This document shows, one piece after another, positions 60,773 through 64,000 of a stretch of DNA of 64,000 nucleotides. How positions within the stretch are numbered: the stretch's first letter is position 1; each line of letters opens with the position of its first letter. The notes beneath the pieces were generated by a model. That model saw nothing but the letters and a program-made list of their open reading frames with translations. It made no database searches and was not told the origin of the DNA. The position numbers were made by a program, and so were the translations under genes. The DNA is from Aquificaceae bacterium (GTDB taxonomy: Bacteria; Aquificota; Aquificia; Aquificales; Aquificaceae), in contig JBEPZX010000001.1 in assembly GCA_041640635.1 (NCBI GenBank), positions 104,764-168,763 of the forward strand, in the 5' to 3' direction.

Positions 60773-61680
60773 CAGCTTAAAGTATACCCAAAGCTCTTTA
60801 CTAAATCTGGTCTTTTTTTCCAGTCAGGTTTTACTCTAACGTATAGTTCTAGGTAAACCTTTCTACCAGTTATGAGCTCTAGCTCCTCTCTAGCCATTTT
60901 TCCGATGCTTTTTAGTCTCTGTCCATTTTTTCCAATGATTATGGGTTTATAGTTTTCTCTATCTACCACTATATCTGCATTGATGACCAACATATTAGGA
61001 TCGTGCTTCCCACTTTCTATGCTATTTACTACCACTGCTACGCCTTGAGGTATTTCTTGATGAATTTTAAAGAGGATTTTTTCTCTTATCACTTCGGCTG
61101 CCAAAAGTCTCAGTGGAAGGTCTGTTACCATATCCTCTGGAAATAAAGGCTCTCCTTCTGGTATGTGCTTCACGATAGTGTTTAAAAGGTCTTCTAAGTT
61201 ATAGCCTTTTAGAGCGCTTATAGGTATTATCTCCTTTATATCAGGATGCATTTGGTGTATTTGCTCGGCAAGTGGAAGCAGGTTTTTTACGTCACCAAAG
61301 GCATCCACTTTGTTTATCACAACGATTATAGGTTTTTTTTGAGATAAATCTTTTATGTACTTGGTATAAACCATTTCATCATCTTTGTTCCATCCATCCT
61401 GCGCATCTATCATAAAAAGCACTACATCAGCATCCTGTAAGGATTCGTATGCCACTTTTACCATCGCTTCGCCTAATGCATCCTTGGGTCTGTATATACC
61501 CGGTGTATCCAAAAACACTATTTGGGCTGTATCTGGAATGTTTTTTACGCCTAATACCCTTATACGCGTAGTACCAGCTTTTGGAGAAACGATGGATACT
61601 TTGGTGCCAAGTAAGTTATTAAGAAGAGTTGACTTACCTACGTTTGGCTTACCTACTATTGCTACGTATCCTGTCTTCAT
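60772..61680 (-). CDS. era: GTPase Era
   Basis: GKPNVGKS, TTR, DTPG, NKVD, KH domain IIIGKNG. Confidence 0.97.
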   Translation of the reverse strand: MKTGYVAIVGKPNVGKSTLLNNLLGTKVSIVSPKAGTTRIRVLGVKNIPDTAQIVFLDTPGIYRPKDALGEAMVKVAYESLQDADVVLFMIDAQDGWNKDDEMVYTKYIKDLSQKKPIIVVINKVDAFGDVKNLLPLAEQIHQMHPDIKEIIPISALKGYNLEDLLNTIVKHIPEGEPLFPEDMVTDLPLRLLAAEVIREKILFKIHQEIPQGVAVVVNSIESGKHDPNMLVINADIVVDRENYKPIIIGKNGQRLKSIGKMAREELELITGRKVYLELYVRVKPDWKKRPDLVKSFGYTLS

Positions 61681-62351
61681 TTTAGTACCTTCTTTGTCTT
61701 TACATAGAATATATAAAGATCTAATTCACCTTGTGTCATATTTAAGTCCTTACAGATTTCGTCCAAAACTTTTTCTGCCTGTAAGTAGATCTTCCTTGTT
61801 ATTGTTTTTAAATCAGGTAGTAATTTCCTTTCTTTTAAAAATCTAAATACATGCCTATCTACTATAGCCACATCACTATATCCTATGTTTCTTAAAAAGT
61901 GAGAAGCCTCTTTCATTCCGAAACCTTCCACCTTGTATTTGGAACACGTATCACTCAATAAATCCCTAATATTTCTTCCTTCTTTTGAGTTACCTAAAAG
62001 TTCTAGTACATTTGGAAAAGTTTCTCTTGCTCTTATAATCCTTTCTGCTCTCTGTTTTGCAAATCTGTGACCATGTTTTTCAAAAACTTGAACAAGCTCT
62101 TCAAGGGGAGCGTTCCAAAAGCCATCTATTCCTAGAACTTTTTGTAACTTTATTCCAAGTGTGGCTGATGAATTGGCAGTAAGCAAACAAAAGCAAAGTT
62201 CAGATAAAATATCAGCTTCATACTCTATATCTAAAAAAGGTCTGAAGTTAAAGTATGTCTTTCCTTCCTTCTTAAGTCTTTCAAACTCTAAAAGCCTCTG
62301 CTTTACGATGCTCCCTATTTTTTCCTTTGCTCTTAATATATCCTCAAACAC
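61677..62351 (-). CDS. ogg: 8-oxoguanine DNA glycosylase/AP lyase (archaeal-type Ogg2)
   Basis: ELCFCLLTANSSA, GFGMKEASHFLRN, AIVDRH, DLY...KT..VLK; GTG start at 62351 with GGAG RBS. Confidence 0.88.
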   Translation of the reverse strand: MFEDILRAKEKIGSIVKQRLLEFERLKKEGKTYFNFRPFLDIEYEADILSELCFCLLTANSSATLGIKLQKVLGIDGFWNAPLEELVQVFEKHGHRFAKQRAERIIRARETFPNVLELLGNSKEGRNIRDLLSDTCSKYKVEGFGMKEASHFLRNIGYSDVAIVDRHVFRFLKERKLLPDLKTITRKIYLQAEKVLDEICKDLNMTQGELDLYIFYVKTKKVLK

Positions 62352-63897
62352 AATTAAACTCCAACAAAAGTTCTTTTGCACTCTCCAAGGTTTTGGGCGT
62401 TAGCATACCCATAAGCCTTGCAATTTCTTTTAGTCTTCCTTGGAAGTCTAACTCCAAAATTTTAATGGAATTTTCCTGTTTAAGTGTCATGAAGTGTTTG
62501 TCACCTGCACTAGCTAATACAGGAGAATGTGTAACTAATATAATCTGCATGTGTTTAGACAAGAGCTTTAGTAGCTTTGCAAGTTCAACTGCAGATTTAC
62601 CACTAAGACCTGTGTCTATTTCATCCATTACGTAAAGACCAAAAGGAGGAAGAAGTAGAAATAAGGCTAAGGCTATGCGTGATATCTCTCCACCCGAAGC
62701 CACCTCATCTAAAGGTTTTTCACCCCAACCAAAAGAAGAAAAGAAGAACTTTGGACACTCCTTACCAAATCTTCCATCACAATCTAAAAGTTCAACCTTA
62801 AATACGGCTTTTTCTATGCCCAATTTTCTTAGTGTAGTTTCTACTTGCTTTTGAAAACTATTGATGGCTTCCTGTCTTTTCTTGCTGAGTTCTTTTGCAA
62901 GTATTTCGAGCTTAGATTGAGTATGACTTATACTGGATTGTATTTCTTCGATGCTTATACTAGAGGATTCTATTTGACTTAATTCATATCTTAGGCTTTC
63001 TGCATATTTAAGAAGATCTTTGTAACCTTTGCCATACTTTCTTTCAAGCTTTTGAATCTCGAATAAAAGAGTATTCAATTTGTCTAACTCCTCAGGAGAC
63101 ATATCCACGAGGCTTCTCCTGAATGTTAAATTCAGTTCTGCTAAAAATTCTTTTGTGTTTTGTAGTTTTTCAAGTAAGGGCTTAAAATCCTCTCGTATGT
63201 TTGAAAGGTTTGATAATACTTTTCTAAGTTCTAATACTCCTTTTATTAAGCCATTATCTCCATCGAGTAAATTAATTGCCATGTTTAAATGTTGATTGAA
63301 CTTTTCGTATTCACCTAAAACTTTTAGTCTCTCTTTTAGAGATTCATACTCTTCCAAATTCAGCCCTATGGATTCTATTTCTTGTAGCTCCTGTGTAAGT
63401 AATGTTTTCCTAACCTGTGTTTCTAGGTGCCTCTTGTGATAATCTGCCAGTTGCTTATTAAGATTTTCCAGTTTATCGTAAAGTTTCTCGTATTCCTTTC
63501 TTATATCTAATGCAGAAGCGAACTTATCAAACACATCCCTTTGGAAATCAGATCTTAGAATTTTCATTCTATCATCTTGGCCTTGAAAGAGTATGAAGTT
63601 TCCTAGCAATTCCCTGATTGTGCTTAAAGAAGTCCTTCTACCATCTAAAAAGTATCTACTTTTACCATTTTTTATTTCCCTTCTTACAAAAACCTCCTCA
63701 TCGTTGATTAAAAAGCCAGCCTCAACAGCTGTATTTTCTGGGTAACTACTGGCTTCTCCCAAAAGAAAAGATATAGAAGATAGAAGTAAAGACTTCCCGC
63801 TACCAGAATCACCGGTAATTACATTTAAACCGTGACTAAACTCATTTTCTTGATCTTTGATAAACAGAAAGTTTTCTAAATGTATATAACTTAACAT
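62344..63897 (-). CDS. recN: DNA repair protein RecN
   Basis: ITGDSGSGKS, coiled coils, ASGGEISR, DEIDTG, VTH, EIARL. Confidence 0.9.
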   Translation of the reverse strand: MLSYIHLENFLFIKDQENEFSHGLNVITGDSGSGKSLLLSSISFLLGEASSYPENTAVEAGFLINDEEVFVRREIKNGKSRYFLDGRRTSLSTIRELLGNFILFQGQDDRMKILRSDFQRDVFDKFASALDIRKEYEKLYDKLENLNKQLADYHKRHLETQVRKTLLTQELQEIESIGLNLEEYESLKERLKVLGEYEKFNQHLNMAINLLDGDNGLIKGVLELRKVLSNLSNIREDFKPLLEKLQNTKEFLAELNLTFRRSLVDMSPEELDKLNTLLFEIQKLERKYGKGYKDLLKYAESLRYELSQIESSSISIEEIQSSISHTQSKLEILAKELSKKRQEAINSFQKQVETTLRKLGIEKAVFKVELLDCDGRFGKECPKFFFSSFGWGEKPLDEVASGGEISRIALALFLLLPPFGLYVMDEIDTGLSGKSAVELAKLLKLLSKHMQIILVTHSPVLASAGDKHFMTLKQENSIKILELDFQGRLKEIARLMGMLTPKTLESAKELLLEFNCV

Positions 63898-63935
63898 GTT
63901 ATAATAATTTACATCTGAATGCTAGGAGGAATAGC

Positions 63936-64000
63936 ATGGCTATATTAACTTACGAGGAAGCCTTAAACATACTAAAAGAACAAATAAAGGATATTTCATC
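63936..64000 (+). CDS. atpA: F1 ATP synthase alpha subunit, N-terminus only (runs out of window)
   Basis: AGGAGG RBS, then MAILTYEEALNILKEQIKDIS..., resembling the Aquificae AtpA N-terminus; only 21 codons visible. Confidence 0.65.
   Translation, partial: MAILTYEEALNILKEQIKDIS

Overview
Gene-dense, AT-rich bacterial chromosome segment. Gene content and protein features point to Aquificaceae (Hydrogenobacter/Thermocrinis/Aquifex-like): long RecG, TrpRS with an insertion, scattered ATP synthase genes, ba3 oxidase, DUF1122 and an archaeal-type Ogg. Most of the window is housekeeping: argG (partial), LPS/KDO genes, recG, glyA, moaEA-modABC, mtaB, dapF, nth, rsmA, trpS, ndk, atp genes, ppa, dxr, glnA, uvrB, PBP1A, era, recN and the start of atpA. 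It also holds tRNA-Arg(ACG) without an encoded CCA, and two divergent terminal oxidase operons (A2-type aa3 and B-type ba3). I saw no CRISPR array, IS element or prophage. Main leads: (1) an acs-linked operon of DUF4212, an SSS symporter, a small membrane protein, a cNMP/CBS/nucleotidyltransferase and a DEDDh nuclease, which looks like a reversible nucleotidylation switch; (2) a structured, possibly pseudoknotted ~215-nt leader upstream of glnA; (3) four TTAAC boxes with exact 11-bp periodicity upstream of phoX and a tandem hemerythrin; (4) an orphan CsgG-lectin fusion whose signal peptide is split by a frameshift in an A6 tract; (5) two small membrane ORFs missing from the ORF track next to the oxidases; (6) several apparently leaderless or bidirectional -10 promoters. 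All calls come from reading the sequence by eye; no searches were run.
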